Shown: positions 1 to 10,158, counted from the stretch's first letter. The stretch is 44,612 bases of DNA from Gammaproteobacteria bacterium (GCA_028571885.1 JAPVVU010000001.1:1-44612); one strand, 5' to 3'. Notes: generated from the letters alone by a model not told the origin. Translations and numbers: made by a program.

Positions 1-448
1 ACATAGAATAGGCAAAACCAGCTTCGGCCATGCCCAAAATAACAAATCCGCCTTTTTCAAAGCCTTTTTTAATAATTGGATCAATGTACTGACGAACATA
101 ATTGATTTCACCCTGATTTTTATAGGTCAGTAATAAACTGAAAATACGATAATCTGGATTAGCTTTTATTATACTGCCGCCCGTTAATGCACCACCTTGA
201 AGTTGACCAATTTTAATTTTACGCAATACTGCCTGATCATCACCCATAACGCCACCAGGATAAAATTTGAATTTTACCCGGCCATCTGTTTTTTCTTTAA
301 TTTCTTTTGCCCCTGCACGCATTTTCTGCATCCAGTCGGAGCCTTCAGGGGATAATGTGGCGATTTTCAAAGTTTTTCCATAAACTGAGCTTGAACCAAA
401 TAATATCAGAAGCATAAATAAAACGAGTTGAGAAAAATATTTAATCAT
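1..448 (-). CDS. dctP: TRAP transporter substrate-binding protein (DctP/TatP), truncated by window edge
   Basis: Not in ORF track. Translated by hand from ATG at 448: MIKYFSQLVLFMLLILFGSSSVYGKTLKIATLSPEGSDWMQKMRAGAKEIKEKTDGRVKFKFYPGGVMGDDQAVLRKIKIGQLQGG. Signal peptide plus typical DctP N-terminus; lies directly downstream of tatT. Confidence 0.9.
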   Translation of the reverse strand, partial: MIKYFSQLVLFMLLILFGSSSVYGKTLKIATLSPEGSDWMQKMRAGAKEIKEKTDGRVKFKFYPGGVMGDDQAVLRKIKIGQLQGGALTGGSIIKANPDYRIFSLLLTYKNQGEINYVRQYIDPIIKKGFEKGGFVILGMAEAGFAYSM

Positions 449-494
449 ATTTATTCCAAATTTAAATAATATTGTAAGTATGGATGAGCAATCA

Positions 495-1367
495 TTAAAA
501 ATAATCCTGAGATGAATTAAGTAATTCATGTGCTTTTTCCTGCGCCAGAATATTCATAAGTGTCAGGTTTTCGAAGTAGGGGTCAGATTGAATTACTTCT
601 TGTAAAAGTTGATCATGTAATGTTTGATTAAAGACCAGTCGTGCATATTTTTCTGCATAGAGAACCTTAGCTGTTAAGTCTTTGCCATTTGAGAGTTGTA
701 TTGCGTATTTAAAATGGTATTGACTCAGTCCAGGTTTTCCGCCTAATGCAGGTGGTAATAATGTATTCAGAACACCGAGATAAAGATGAGCCTGGCCATT
801 TTTCCAGGTATCATCAATTTCCACTATTCTGTTCATAATGAGTGTTACTTTAGGTAACTGAGCAATAGCCGCCATACTGCCGCTATTAGCCTTAATCCAA
901 CCCACCCAGACAGTACCCAATACATACCATGATTGAATATTATCTATATTGATACGTTTTACATCGGCAGAAAAAGATTCAAAATCACTCTGCCGTATAT
1001 TACATAAGTTTTTATCTGAAACACAAAGAGCACGTTCTGCATATACTAATGCTTTGTTTGACATGCGTGCAGCACGTACAGGTTCAGAAACAAAGATGCT
1101 GGAATAAGCACTATAGAGTATTGCCGCTGATTCTAATAAGTCAGGGTTATTTTTAGAATCAAGCAAAAAACTATCCATCAACAGCAGGTAAGCAGGTGCG
1201 CCATCAGCAACCGTCCTGGGATCATCTGAATTTAAAATGGTATATGTTAAGTTATCAGCCAATTTAACGGCAGTTGATGTAACCATTGACGAACAGGCAG
1301 TGAGCAATAAAAGAATAATACTGGCGGACAAGTAATTAAAAAACGGTTTGTGAGACGTGATATTCAT
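495..1367 (-). CDS. TRAP transporter TatT component (TPR lipoprotein)
   Basis: Lipobox LLTAC; motifs DDPRTVADGAPAYLLLMDS, LPPALGGKP and YARLVFNQTLHD fit the TatT family; adjacent to dctP. Start at 1367 (MNITSHK) preferred over 1400. Confidence 0.85.
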   Translation of the reverse strand: MNITSHKPFFNYLSASIILLLLTACSSMVTSTAVKLADNLTYTILNSDDPRTVADGAPAYLLLMDSFLLDSKNNPDLLESAAILYSAYSSIFVSEPVRAARMSNKALVYAERALCVSDKNLCNIRQSDFESFSADVKRINIDNIQSWYVLGTVWVGWIKANSGSMAAIAQLPKVTLIMNRIVEIDDTWKNGQAHLYLGVLNTLLPPALGGKPGLSQYHFKYAIQLSNGKDLTAKVLYAEKYARLVFNQTLHDQLLQEVIQSDPYFENLTLMNILAQEKAHELLNSSQDYF

Positions 1368-1726
1368 AACGAAAGTATAGGCAATGGAACAAATAAACAC
1401 AAATGTATTTGGTTTTACTTATGTACTCTAAATGTAGTGATCTGGAGCAATACAGGTCGATACATTTACATGAAGCTAACAATACAAAACCAGTAAAGGT
1501 AAATATCTTTATAAATCGGACGAAATGAGGCACACAAAAAGCTATTCCGGGTTGTAAGATATTGGATATACAGGCTTAACAGGTAAACTTAATGATTTAT
1601 AAAATCAGACAACGGGTAGGAATATTTGCCTGATAATATTGTTTTTGCTTTTTTTTAAGCTACTATAAAAGATAACAAAGTCATTTTTCGCACGTACAAT
1701 GGGCTCAACGGTGGTCAATAAGAAAT

Positions 1727-1744
1727 ATACGCTGAGTAGTTACA
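1727..1744 (+). repeat. Solitary end of the MITE family found at 39274-39422
   Basis: ATACGCTGAGTAGTTACA matches 39406-39423 ATACGCTGAATAGTTACA at 17/18 positions. Confidence 0.55.
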
Positions 1745-1848
1745 TATTATTTATGATTAATAATTAAATTGTACTGTTATCAGGAATATTCCACAATACT
1801 AATCTTTCATCCCACGAATACTACAAAAATAAGAATAAGAATAAAATA

Positions 1849-4206
1849 GTGATGAAACAATCTGTAAAAAAAGAGATGCAAGTGCTGAGCATAGCATTTG
1901 CTATTGTTATTACGCTGATGCTTATGATGATTTATATAGGTTTGAATCATATAAAAAAAATAGAGCGTCAACTTAACCAGATCGTCCATGTACACAATGA
2001 AAAGCTAGACATGGCTATTCATATGCGTTGGGCCGCGCGGGAGCGGACTCTTTCTCTGCACCGCTTTATTCTGCTCGAAGATCCCTTTGAACGAGATGAG
2101 GAGTGGATGTATTTTAATACACAAGGCGCTTTATTTGCCCGTGAACGAACCAGGCTGATGGCTATGGAGCTGTCCTTAGAAGAAGAAAAAATTCTCCAGG
2201 TGCAGGGAAGCTATACCGGACCCACTGTCAAAATGCAAAATCAAGTTGCTCAGCTGGCTCTTGACGATGAACTTGAAGCCGCTTATACCCTGCTGTATGA
2301 ACAGGCTCACCCTAACCAGGCTAAAATCCTCAATGAGCTTGAAAAGTTCTATAAACTCCAGGAAGAATATATAAACAAGGCCGGTATCGAAGCAGAAACG
2401 TCTCTGAACGATTCGAAACAAACCATTTTTGTGCTCGGAAGTCTGGCATTGCTATTCAGCTTTGCCATCGCTGTGTTTATTATCAAACGCATTAATCGCT
2501 ATCAGCAAAATCTCTACCGGGAAAAGGTTCTGGCACAGATAACCCTGCATTCAATCGCGGATGGTGTGATTACTACCAGTGCCAATGGCACTATCGAATA
2601 TCTAAATCCAGGTGCGGAAAAGATGACCGAGTGGCACTCTGATGATGCAATAGGCAAATTGCTCACTGAAGTGTTTAACCTCCGCAATGAATCGGACCAC
2701 TGCCGGAGTTCCAACCCTTTGCAAAAAACCATCCAGCAAAAACAGATCACCAGCTCTGGCGGGAATATTTATCTTCTTAGCGCATCTGACCAGCAATACG
2801 CCATTGAATATACCGCTGCACCGATTCTTAATATCAGAGACAAATTGATCGGTACTATTGTGGTTTTTCATGATGTCAGCGAAATGCGCACGTTATCTAA
2901 ACAACTGAGTTATCAGGCATCTCACGACGCATTGACCGGTTTGATGAATCGTCGTGCTTTTGAGTCTTCTCTGAAAAATATACTTGATTGCAGCAAGGCA
3001 ACTGGTGACCAGCATGTGCTGGGTTTTATGGATCTGGATCGCTTTAAAATTGTCAATGACAGCGCCGGACATGCTGCTGGGGATGAGTTGTTGAAACAGC
3101 TGTCAACCCTGCTACTGAATCTGACCCGTGACAGTGACGTGGTTGCCCGTCTGGGAGGTGATGAGTTCGCGTTTATTCTGAGCAATTGTCCAATGGATAG
3201 AGCTCGCGAACTGGCGGAAAAAATAAAGGACACAATTAGGCAAAATCGGTTTGCCTGGGAAAACCGCAGCTATGAAGTAGGTGCCAGTATTGGCCTGGTG
3301 CCTGTTTGTAATAAATCATCCAGTCTTTACAATCTGTTAAGTCTGGCAGATTCTGCCTGTTATATGGCTAAAAATCAGGGACGTAACCGCGTTTATGTGT
3401 ATTCAGAGAAAGATCAGATTCTTGCTGATAATACCAATACGGCCAATTGGGTAGACAGAATTAATTCAGCGCTAAAAGAAAATCACTTTATACTTTATGT
3501 ACAAAAAATTCAGCCCCTGAAAAGCAGGGGCTTGCTGCAAAATCAAGTCTGCCACTATGAAGTTTTACTTAGATTATCTGATCAACAGAATAAACTTATT
3601 CCACCCATGGCGTTTATTTCTACGGCTGAACGTTATGATCTTATGCCTGCGGTTGATACCTGGGTTATTAACAACGCATTGCATATGATCCAAAAATATC
3701 ACAGCAACAATACTTTTATTTATACCATTAATGTTTCCGGACAATCACTGGGAAATGAAGATTTTAATCATTTTTTAATCGATCAGATTAAAAACTGTCC
3801 TGTTCCACCACAGCAGCTCTGTTTTGAAATTACTGAAACCGCTGCGATTGCCAATATGAATCAGGCCAACCATCTAATTTCCATACTCAAAGAATATGGT
3901 GTCACTTTTGCGCTGGATGATTTTGGTAGTGGTATGAGTTCTTTTGGCTATTTGAAAAATTTTACCGTTGACTATATCAAAATCGATGGCAGCTTTATTC
4001 GTGATATTGTCGATGATCCCATGGATAAGTTACTGGTTGAGTCTATGAATCAGATGGGACAACTGCTGAATATTAAAACCATTGCTGAATTTGTGGAAAA
4101 TGATGAGATTTTGCAACTACTTGAAAAAATTGGTATCGATTACGTTCAGGGCTATGGTATTGAACGTCCTAAACCACTGCTGGAACATTTGCAAAATCAA
4201 AACTGA
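1849..4206 (+). CDS. Membrane-bound diguanylate cyclase/phosphodiesterase (2 TM, periplasmic four-helix sensor, PAS, GGDEF, EAL)
   Basis: Two TM helices; PAS (SIADGVIT...YLNPGAEKMT); HDALTGLMNR; RDSD I-site then GGDEF; EVLLR, FEITET, DDFGSG and KIDGSF EAL motifs intact. Confidence 0.93.
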   Translation: MMKQSVKKEMQVLSIAFAIVITLMLMMIYIGLNHIKKIERQLNQIVHVHNEKLDMAIHMRWAARERTLSLHRFILLEDPFERDEEWMYFNTQGALFARERTRLMAMELSLEEEKILQVQGSYTGPTVKMQNQVAQLALDDELEAAYTLLYEQAHPNQAKILNELEKFYKLQEEYINKAGIEAETSLNDSKQTIFVLGSLALLFSFAIAVFIIKRINRYQQNLYREKVLAQITLHSIADGVITTSANGTIEYLNPGAEKMTEWHSDDAIGKLLTEVFNLRNESDHCRSSNPLQKTIQQKQITSSGGNIYLLSASDQQYAIEYTAAPILNIRDKLIGTIVVFHDVSEMRTLSKQLSYQASHDALTGLMNRRAFESSLKNILDCSKATGDQHVLGFMDLDRFKIVNDSAGHAAGDELLKQLSTLLLNLTRDSDVVARLGGDEFAFILSNCPMDRARELAEKIKDTIRQNRFAWENRSYEVGASIGLVPVCNKSSSLYNLLSLADSACYMAKNQGRNRVYVYSEKDQILADNTNTANWVDRINSALKENHFILYVQKIQPLKSRGLLQNQVCHYEVLLRLSDQQNKLIPPMAFISTAERYDLMPAVDTWVINNALHMIQKYHSNNTFIYTINVSGQSLGNEDFNHFLIDQIKNCPVPPQQLCFEITETAAIANMNQANHLISILKEYGVTFALDDFGSGMSSFGYLKNFTVDYIKIDGSFIRDIVDDPMDKLLVESMNQMGQLLNIKTIAEFVENDEILQLLEKIGIDYVQGYGIERPKPLLEHLQNQN

Positions 4207-4209
4207 GAT

Positions 4210-4548
4210 CTAGGGGAATGAACTGCTATGAGTGATTTCATCTTGTGTGGGGAAATAGATAGTAATATCCTTAAGGCAATATAGTTGACAGGAAAGTCTC
4301 CAACCTTGTTGAATTTGCTCCTCACTAAGATGAATTTTTTCTTCAGCAACAGGTTTATTACAGTGACTTTGAGCGGATATAATTTTAACTCGACAATGAC
4401 CACAAATGGCTTTTCCACCACACTTAGAATGAGTTGATATCTTATGTATCAACATGTTTTTTAAGAGAGTTTGTCCACGTTGTAATGGATAGGATTGTCC
4501 TTTATCCTCAGTTAACTCATCAAAAACAGTAAACGAATATGCTGACAT
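4210..4548 (-). CDS. 2Fe-2S ferredoxin-like protein
   Basis: CGGKAICGHC...RLSC cysteine pattern; ATG overlaps the mltD stop (TAATG). Confidence 0.85.
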   Translation of the reverse strand: MSAYSFTVFDELTEDKGQSYPLQRGQTLLKNMLIHKISTHSKCGGKAICGHCRVKIISAQSHCNKPVAEEKIHLSEEQIQQGWRLSCQLYCLKDITIYFPTQDEITHSSSFP

Positions 4549-6233
4549 TAGATGGGCTGACTGGAAGCATTGATAATCACTTTAAGTTCCTGACCCGGTT
4601 TAAGGTATTTCTTTAGATTGACATGATTCCATCGTTTTAAATCATTAATAGTGACTTTGAAGTGTCTTGAAATGGTATAAAGTGAATCACCGGATTTAAC
4701 TTTATAGCTGATCTCACTGGTTTTTAATGCAACAGAATCACGGGATGATATATTTTTTGCTTTCTTTGCTGGTTTATTTTTAGCAATGAGTAGTTTCTGG
4801 CCGATGGATAATGTATCACCGGAAGATAAACCATTGAGAGATGCTAACTTCTTATGAGACATATTAAATCGGCGTGCAATTTTCCAGAAAGAATCACCTT
4901 TGCGTACTTTATAAGTCTGTGAATTTTTTAATACATCTTGTGAAATTGTTGCTACTACAGGCTGATGGGTCACAAGATCTTTATTACCAGTGGGTACCAT
5001 CAGATATTTTCCAGCTCGAATTCGGCTGTTTTTCAATCGGTTTGCCGTTTTTAAAACAGAAACCGAAATTTTATATTTATGAGCAATAACACTGAGACTT
5101 TCACCTGAACGAATTTTATGTCGATACCATTGAACGCGATCTTTATCATCCAATAAGGCCAGTTGTTTTTCAAAACGTTCTACTTTGTCAATAGGGATTA
5201 ATAAATGATGGGGGCCATCAGGATCGGTCGCCCATTGTTTGAAAGCCGGGTTATAGGAGCGCATTTCATTAAGACTAATATCTGCCATTTTAGACACAAC
5301 AGAGAGCTCTATCTGTGATTGCGTGTCAACTAACATCAAGCGAGGACTATTTTCAATCGGTGACAGGCTTATACCAAGTTCTTGATGATTTTGAATAATT
5401 TTGGCTACGGCTAATAACTTGGGAATATATTTAAATGTTTCTTTAGGTAAGTCTAAAGACCAATAATCAACGGGTTTGCCTTTTTTGCGATTCTTTTTTA
5501 TTGCTTTATTGATAGTACCTGCACCTGCATTATAAGCAGCAAGAGCTAAAAGCCAGTCTCCTTTATAATATTTGTTTAATTGTTGAAGATAGGTCAAAGC
5601 TGCCAGTGTTGAATGATAAACATCTCGGCGACCGTCATACCACCAATTTTGTTTTAAACCAAAATAACGCCCGGTTGCCGGTACAAATTGCCACAAGCCT
5701 GCAGCTTTCATATGAGAATAAGCATTTGTTTTAAAACTACTTTCAATAATAGGTAATAGAGCAATTTCACCTGGCATATTACGTTTTTGTATTTCTTCGG
5801 TGATAAAAAACAAGAAAGGAGTGGCTCGCTCAGATATATCTTCAATATTTTTTTTATGCTTTAGAAACCAATTTTCCTGAATTTGAATGCGTTTATTATC
5901 AATATTTGAAAGCTGATAAAGTTGAGGTATACGTAACCAGACATCGCTATACTCATTTTTTTTAGTATTTTTTTCCAGATAATGATCCAATTGTTTATTG
6001 ACACTGACCTGGGTAATGGCTGGAGCAGACTGAAGAATATCATGAGTTGACTTTAAAATGGGATCATTTTCCATGGATTTGAAAGAGCCATCTGTACCTA
6101 AAATGCCTTTAGATTTTTCAGCGTCAGCATCATTTGAGAAATCAGCAGTATTCGTGTGCAAATTATTGACAGAACTGCAACCATGAATAAAAAATAAAGA
6201 GAAAAAGAGGCAATAGGAATACTTTATAATCAT
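4548..6233 (-). CDS. mltD: Membrane-bound lytic murein transglycosylase D (SLT plus LysM repeats)
   Basis: LPIIES catalytic motif, AAGLWQF, LAAYNAG, three C-terminal LysM repeats, lipobox IHGC; mltD-gloB synteny. Start at 6233 (MIIKY) preferred over 6308. Confidence 0.92.
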   Translation of the reverse strand: MIIKYSYCLFFSLFFIHGCSSVNNLHTNTADFSNDADAEKSKGILGTDGSFKSMENDPILKSTHDILQSAPAITQVSVNKQLDHYLEKNTKKNEYSDVWLRIPQLYQLSNIDNKRIQIQENWFLKHKKNIEDISERATPFLFFITEEIQKRNMPGEIALLPIIESSFKTNAYSHMKAAGLWQFVPATGRYFGLKQNWWYDGRRDVYHSTLAALTYLQQLNKYYKGDWLLALAAYNAGAGTINKAIKKNRKKGKPVDYWSLDLPKETFKYIPKLLAVAKIIQNHQELGISLSPIENSPRLMLVDTQSQIELSVVSKMADISLNEMRSYNPAFKQWATDPDGPHHLLIPIDKVERFEKQLALLDDKDRVQWYRHKIRSGESLSVIAHKYKISVSVLKTANRLKNSRIRAGKYLMVPTGNKDLVTHQPVVATISQDVLKNSQTYKVRKGDSFWKIARRFNMSHKKLASLNGLSSGDTLSIGQKLLIAKNKPAKKAKNISSRDSVALKTSEISYKVKSGDSLYTISRHFKVTINDLKRWNHVNLKKYLKPGQELKVIINASSQPI

Positions 6234-6332
6234 AATATTTTTAAATTTTCTTAATGAAATTTTCCTGTAAGTAATGAAAAAGCTTGTCACTTTTGAGCAA
6301 ATGCTCATTTGAATAAAAAAATCAGTAATGTT

Positions 6333-7172
6333 TTAGTCAAGCGTATCTTTCCAATAACGAATTGTTTTAAATACATCAGCAGGCTTATCAAGCGGCTTTT
6401 GAGTGAATTTTTCCGCTGCAAGCCTGACTTCTTTAATATCAAATCGTAAAAAAGGATTGGTTTGTTTCTCAAGTTTAAGTGTAGACGGTATTGTCGGTAA
6501 ATTCATCTCGCGTAACCGTGTTGTTTCTTTAATTCTTTGTAACAGTCTTTCGTTGGCTGGTTCAACGCGCTGTGCAAAAGCAAGATTCTCCTGAGTATAT
6601 TCATGAGCACAATAGACCAATGTTTTATTATCCAGTTCAAGCAGTTTAGACAACGAATGATGCATTTGTTCCGCAGTCCCCTCAAAAAGGCGCCCGCAGC
6701 CGCCAGCAAATAAGGTATCACCAATAAACAGGGTTTGATGACCTAAATATGCGATATGCCCTCTGGTATGTCCTGGTACATCAATAATTTTAAATGATAA
6801 GCCCATTGACTTGAATGAAATCAATTGATTCTCTGATAATGGATACGTTATATTGGGGATCTGCTCATTTGCCGGACCGTATACTGGCAATTGATATTTT
6901 TCAACCAGGCTGCTGACACCACCGGTATGATCACCATGGTGATGGGTAATAAATATTGCCTTTGGCGTCAATTTATCCTGTTCTATTGCCTGGATTACGG
7001 GTGCTGAATCACCTGGATCAACAATGATTATCTGTTGATCTGCGTGTTTTTCAGGCAAACCATGAATAAACCAGATATAATTATCATCGAAGGCTGGTAT
7101 TCCTGAAATACCAGGGCTAACATCGGACTTATTGTTTAAGCTTCTGTCTGAAGTCTTTGTATCAGTTTTCAT
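6333..7172 (-). CDS. gloB: Hydroxyacylglutathione hydrolase (glyoxalase II)
   Basis: THHHGDHTGG metallo-beta-lactamase motif, GHTRGH, GDTLF, CAHEYT, TNPFLR. Confidence 0.96.
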   Translation of the reverse strand: MKTDTKTSDRSLNNKSDVSPGISGIPAFDDNYIWFIHGLPEKHADQQIIIVDPGDSAPVIQAIEQDKLTPKAIFITHHHGDHTGGVSSLVEKYQLPVYGPANEQIPNITYPLSENQLISFKSMGLSFKIIDVPGHTRGHIAYLGHQTLFIGDTLFAGGCGRLFEGTAEQMHHSLSKLLELDNKTLVYCAHEYTQENLAFAQRVEPANERLLQRIKETTRLREMNLPTIPSTLKLEKQTNPFLRFDIKEVRLAAEKFTQKPLDKPADVFKTIRYWKDTLD

Positions 7173-7190
7173 TACGTCTAATTATTACAC

Positions 7191-7234
7191 ATCTGTCATA
7201 CAAATGAATAAAATCTGTCACATAAATGAATAAA
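7191..7234 (+). repeat. 22-bp direct repeat x2 in the gloB/yafS divergent region, containing pho-box-like half sites
   Basis: ATCTGTCATACAAATGAATAAA followed by ATCTGTCACATAAATGAATAAA. Confidence 0.8.
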
Positions 7235-8161
7235 AGCAGGGAAAATATTCCCCCATCTCGAAAAATAAAGACTATAAAAGAAGATAATCTCTTTGACTTT
7301 GACGACCCATGGCTAATGGTTCGTGATTGGTACTCAAGCGAATTAGGTCAGGCATTACTGGCAAATGAAAAACAATCGTTGAATAATTTACTTGAGCAAA
7401 TCTTTGGTTATAACCTGGTACAATTGGGATGTCTTGATGGAAATGCCCTCACAGGCCACTCAAGGACCTCTTATCAGTATATTTTTGAATCTCTGAGTCA
7501 TGTGAATCAGGCAAATCCCTGTACGCAACTGATCGCTGGATTTGAACAATTACCCATCCAGAATCAGTCTGTCGATGCTGTTATTTTACCTCATACTCTT
7601 GAGTTTGAAAGAAATCCACACCAGATTCTAAGAGAAGTCGAGCGAATCTTAGTTGCAGAAGGCAAAGCTATTTTTCTTGGATTTAACCCGTTTAGTCCCT
7701 GGGGGTTGTGGCATAAATATTGGGAGATTAAAATAAAAAGGAAAAGGAAATGGAAAAAGAAAAGATATCTCTCGTCAAATACACAAGATATCAATAAACT
7801 ATCAAGTCAGCTCCCCCCCTTACCATCATGCGGCCATCTTATTAGTCAGAAACGTTTACGAGACTGGCTGCAGTTATTAGGATTTGACATTGAATTGGTA
7901 AGCGAGTATTTTTATCGCCCACCGATAAGCAGCTCAGTGTTATTAAAAAAATTAGAATTTATGGAACAGGCAGGCCAGTTTTCTAAAGTTTTACCTGCCG
8001 GCGGCTACCTTTTAGTTGCGACAAAGCGTGTATCGACTTTGACTCCTATTCGACAGGGCTGGAAACTCTCTAAAAATTTGCTTACGCCAGAAACAATTGA
8101 AACTGCGGGAATGAAATCTGACAACCATTCAATATTTAAATATGATATAAAAACTAAATAA
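7226..8161 (+). CDS. yafS: Class I SAM-dependent methyltransferase-like protein (YafS family)
   Basis: FGYNLVQLG, LPIQNQSVDAVILPHTLEF, PHQILREVERIL, GFNPFSPWG; conserved position between gloB and rnhA. Confidence 0.85.
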   Translation: MNKSRENIPPSRKIKTIKEDNLFDFDDPWLMVRDWYSSELGQALLANEKQSLNNLLEQIFGYNLVQLGCLDGNALTGHSRTSYQYIFESLSHVNQANPCTQLIAGFEQLPIQNQSVDAVILPHTLEFERNPHQILREVERILVAEGKAIFLGFNPFSPWGLWHKYWEIKIKRKRKWKKKRYLSSNTQDINKLSSQLPPLPSCGHLISQKRLRDWLQLLGFDIELVSEYFYRPPISSSVLLKKLEFMEQAGQFSKVLPAGGYLLVATKRVSTLTPIRQGWKLSKNLLTPETIETAGMKSDNHSIFKYDIKTK

Positions 8162-8200
8162 CCTTTAATATAATTCCTCAATTAAAAGATAAAGAACCAC

Positions 8201-8638
8201 ATGGACAAAAATACAATCTATATTTATACCGATGGTGCCTGTAAAGGAAATCCTGGCCGGGGAGGCTGGGGGGTACTGATGGTCTATAAGGAAACTGAAA
8301 AAGAGTTTTTTGGTGGTGAAAAAGAAACCACTAATAACCGCATGGAAATGACTGCTGCAATAAAAGGACTGGCTCAACTTAATCGTTCTTGTGAGGTTGT
8401 ATTAACTACTGATTCCCAATATTTGCGCAAGGGTATCACTGAATGGATAGTCAACTGGAAAAAAAGAGGCTGGAAAACGGCCAGTAAACAGCCCGTAAAA
8501 AATATTGATTTATGGAAGCAACTAGACCAGCTGGTGAAAGATCATAACGTCACCTGGCATTGGGTTAAAGGCCATTCTGGTCATCCTGAAAACGAAAAAG
8601 CAGATGAATTAGCAAATAAAGGTATTGAATCACTATGA
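8201..8638 (+). CDS. rnhA: Ribonuclease HI
   Basis: [35 protein letters not shown]. Confidence 0.98.
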   Translation: MDKNTIYIYTDGACKGNPGRGGWGVLMVYKETEKEFFGGEKETTNNRMEMTAAIKGLAQLNRSCEVVLTTDSQYLRKGITEWIVNWKKRGWKTASKQPVKNIDLWKQLDQLVKDHNVTWHWVKGHSGHPENEKADELANKGIESL

Positions 8639-9348
8639 GACAAATTGTTCTAGATACTGAAACAACTGGCCTGGAACCCTCTCATGGACACCGAATCATT
8701 GAGATTGGTTGTGTTGAATTAGTTGACCGAAAATTAACCGGCAATACCTTCCACAAATATATTAACCCTGAAAATAAAAAAGTTGATCAGGGGGCATTAG
8801 AAGTTCATGGTATTACCGATGAGTTTCTAGCAGATAAACCATTTTTTGCAGATATTTACGATGAATTTTTAGAATTTGTTATGGGCAGTCAACTGATCAT
8901 CCATAATGCACCTTTTGATGTCGGGTTTATTAATCATGAAATTGCTCTTTTGGAGCAGAAACTTGGCCAGACTATTGAAAAGATCGATACCAGCTGTAGT
9001 ATTCTTGATTCCTTAAAACTGGCACGTGATAATCATCCCGGACAAAAGAATAACCTGGATGCTCTGTGTCGCCGGTATTTTATCGATAATAGTAATCGTC
9101 AGTTACATGGCGCATTGCTCGATTCTGAAATTCTAGCCGATGTTTATCTGGCAATGACTGGTGGCCAGACCAGTTTGACTTTAGATGATTCATCGGGTGG
9201 CGAAAATGGTTCTGATACCATTCGCAGACTTGATTCAAATAGAACTGTACTTAAAATTCAAATGGCTTCAAAAGAGGAAATTAACTCGCATGAAGAATAT
9301 TTGACTCTACTTGAACAAAAATCAGGTAATGCCCCCATTCGGTGGTAA
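8635..9348 (+). CDS. dnaQ: DNA polymerase III epsilon subunit
   Basis: [29 protein letters not shown]; ATGA overlap with rnhA. Confidence 0.98.
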   Translation: MRQIVLDTETTGLEPSHGHRIIEIGCVELVDRKLTGNTFHKYINPENKKVDQGALEVHGITDEFLADKPFFADIYDEFLEFVMGSQLIIHNAPFDVGFINHEIALLEQKLGQTIEKIDTSCSILDSLKLARDNHPGQKNNLDALCRRYFIDNSNRQLHGALLDSEILADVYLAMTGGQTSLTLDDSSGGENGSDTIRRLDSNRTVLKIQMASKEEINSHEEYLTLLEQKSGNAPIRW

Positions 9349-9384
9349 AAATAATCCAGATAAAGTATCAGAACAGGATAAATA

Positions 9385-10158
9385 GTGAAGGCATATTTCA
9401 ATACTTCTGAGTTCAAGCAACTTCTAAAACAAAATGGCTTAGAACACTTTGAACAAATTTGGACGTTAGAAACAGAGTGGTTTGAAGAGCCAAATTATCG
9501 TAGAAATGGCTGGAGTGGTGTCATTAAATATCCACTCGTTGATTCTTCAGGGAAAACCACCTGGATATTTATAAAGCGTCAGGAAAATCATAACTGTAAA
9601 ACAATACTTCATCCATTTAAGGGTGTGCCTACTTTCAGACGTGAATACATCAATATCCAGCGTCTGATAAAAAAAAATATACCGACAATGACAGCCATTT
9701 ACTACAATGAACGCACAGTAGATGGAAAAGACCAGGCAATTTTAATCACACTATCACTTGAAGGCTACCAAAGCTTCGAATCATTTTGTGCTAATGATGA
9801 AAATCGATCAATTTCTCAGCGCCCTGAAATTATGACCCTCGCAGGAACCCTTATCCGAAAACTTCATGATGCACATTTTCGTCATAATTGTTTATATGCA
9901 AAACATTTATTTGTGAAAAATGAGTTAAATGATATCAATGTTCGATTAATTGATTTGGAAAAATTAAAATGGCTCCCTTTATACAGTCAAATCAGACGCA
10001 ATGATCTTTCTCGAATTATTCGAAGAGGGGAGCCTATGACCTATGATGATTTGAAAATGCTGCTCAGCAGTTACTACACAAGTGGAGGTGACCTGCAACT
10101 TACATCGCTTGCTAAGGAGCTTGATGCTTTGTTAGATGCACAAAAGCACTATCATTAA
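9385..10158 (+). CDS. Lipopolysaccharide kinase, InaA/Kdo-WaaP family
   Basis: WFEEPNYRRNGWSGV, KRQENH, HNCLYAKH and LIDLEK match the InaA family. Confidence 0.82.
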   Translation: MKAYFNTSEFKQLLKQNGLEHFEQIWTLETEWFEEPNYRRNGWSGVIKYPLVDSSGKTTWIFIKRQENHNCKTILHPFKGVPTFRREYINIQRLIKKNIPTMTAIYYNERTVDGKDQAILITLSLEGYQSFESFCANDENRSISQRPEIMTLAGTLIRKLHDAHFRHNCLYAKHLFVKNELNDINVRLIDLEKLKWLPLYSQIRRNDLSRIIRRGEPMTYDDLKMLLSSYYTSGGDLQLTSLAKELDALLDAQKHYH

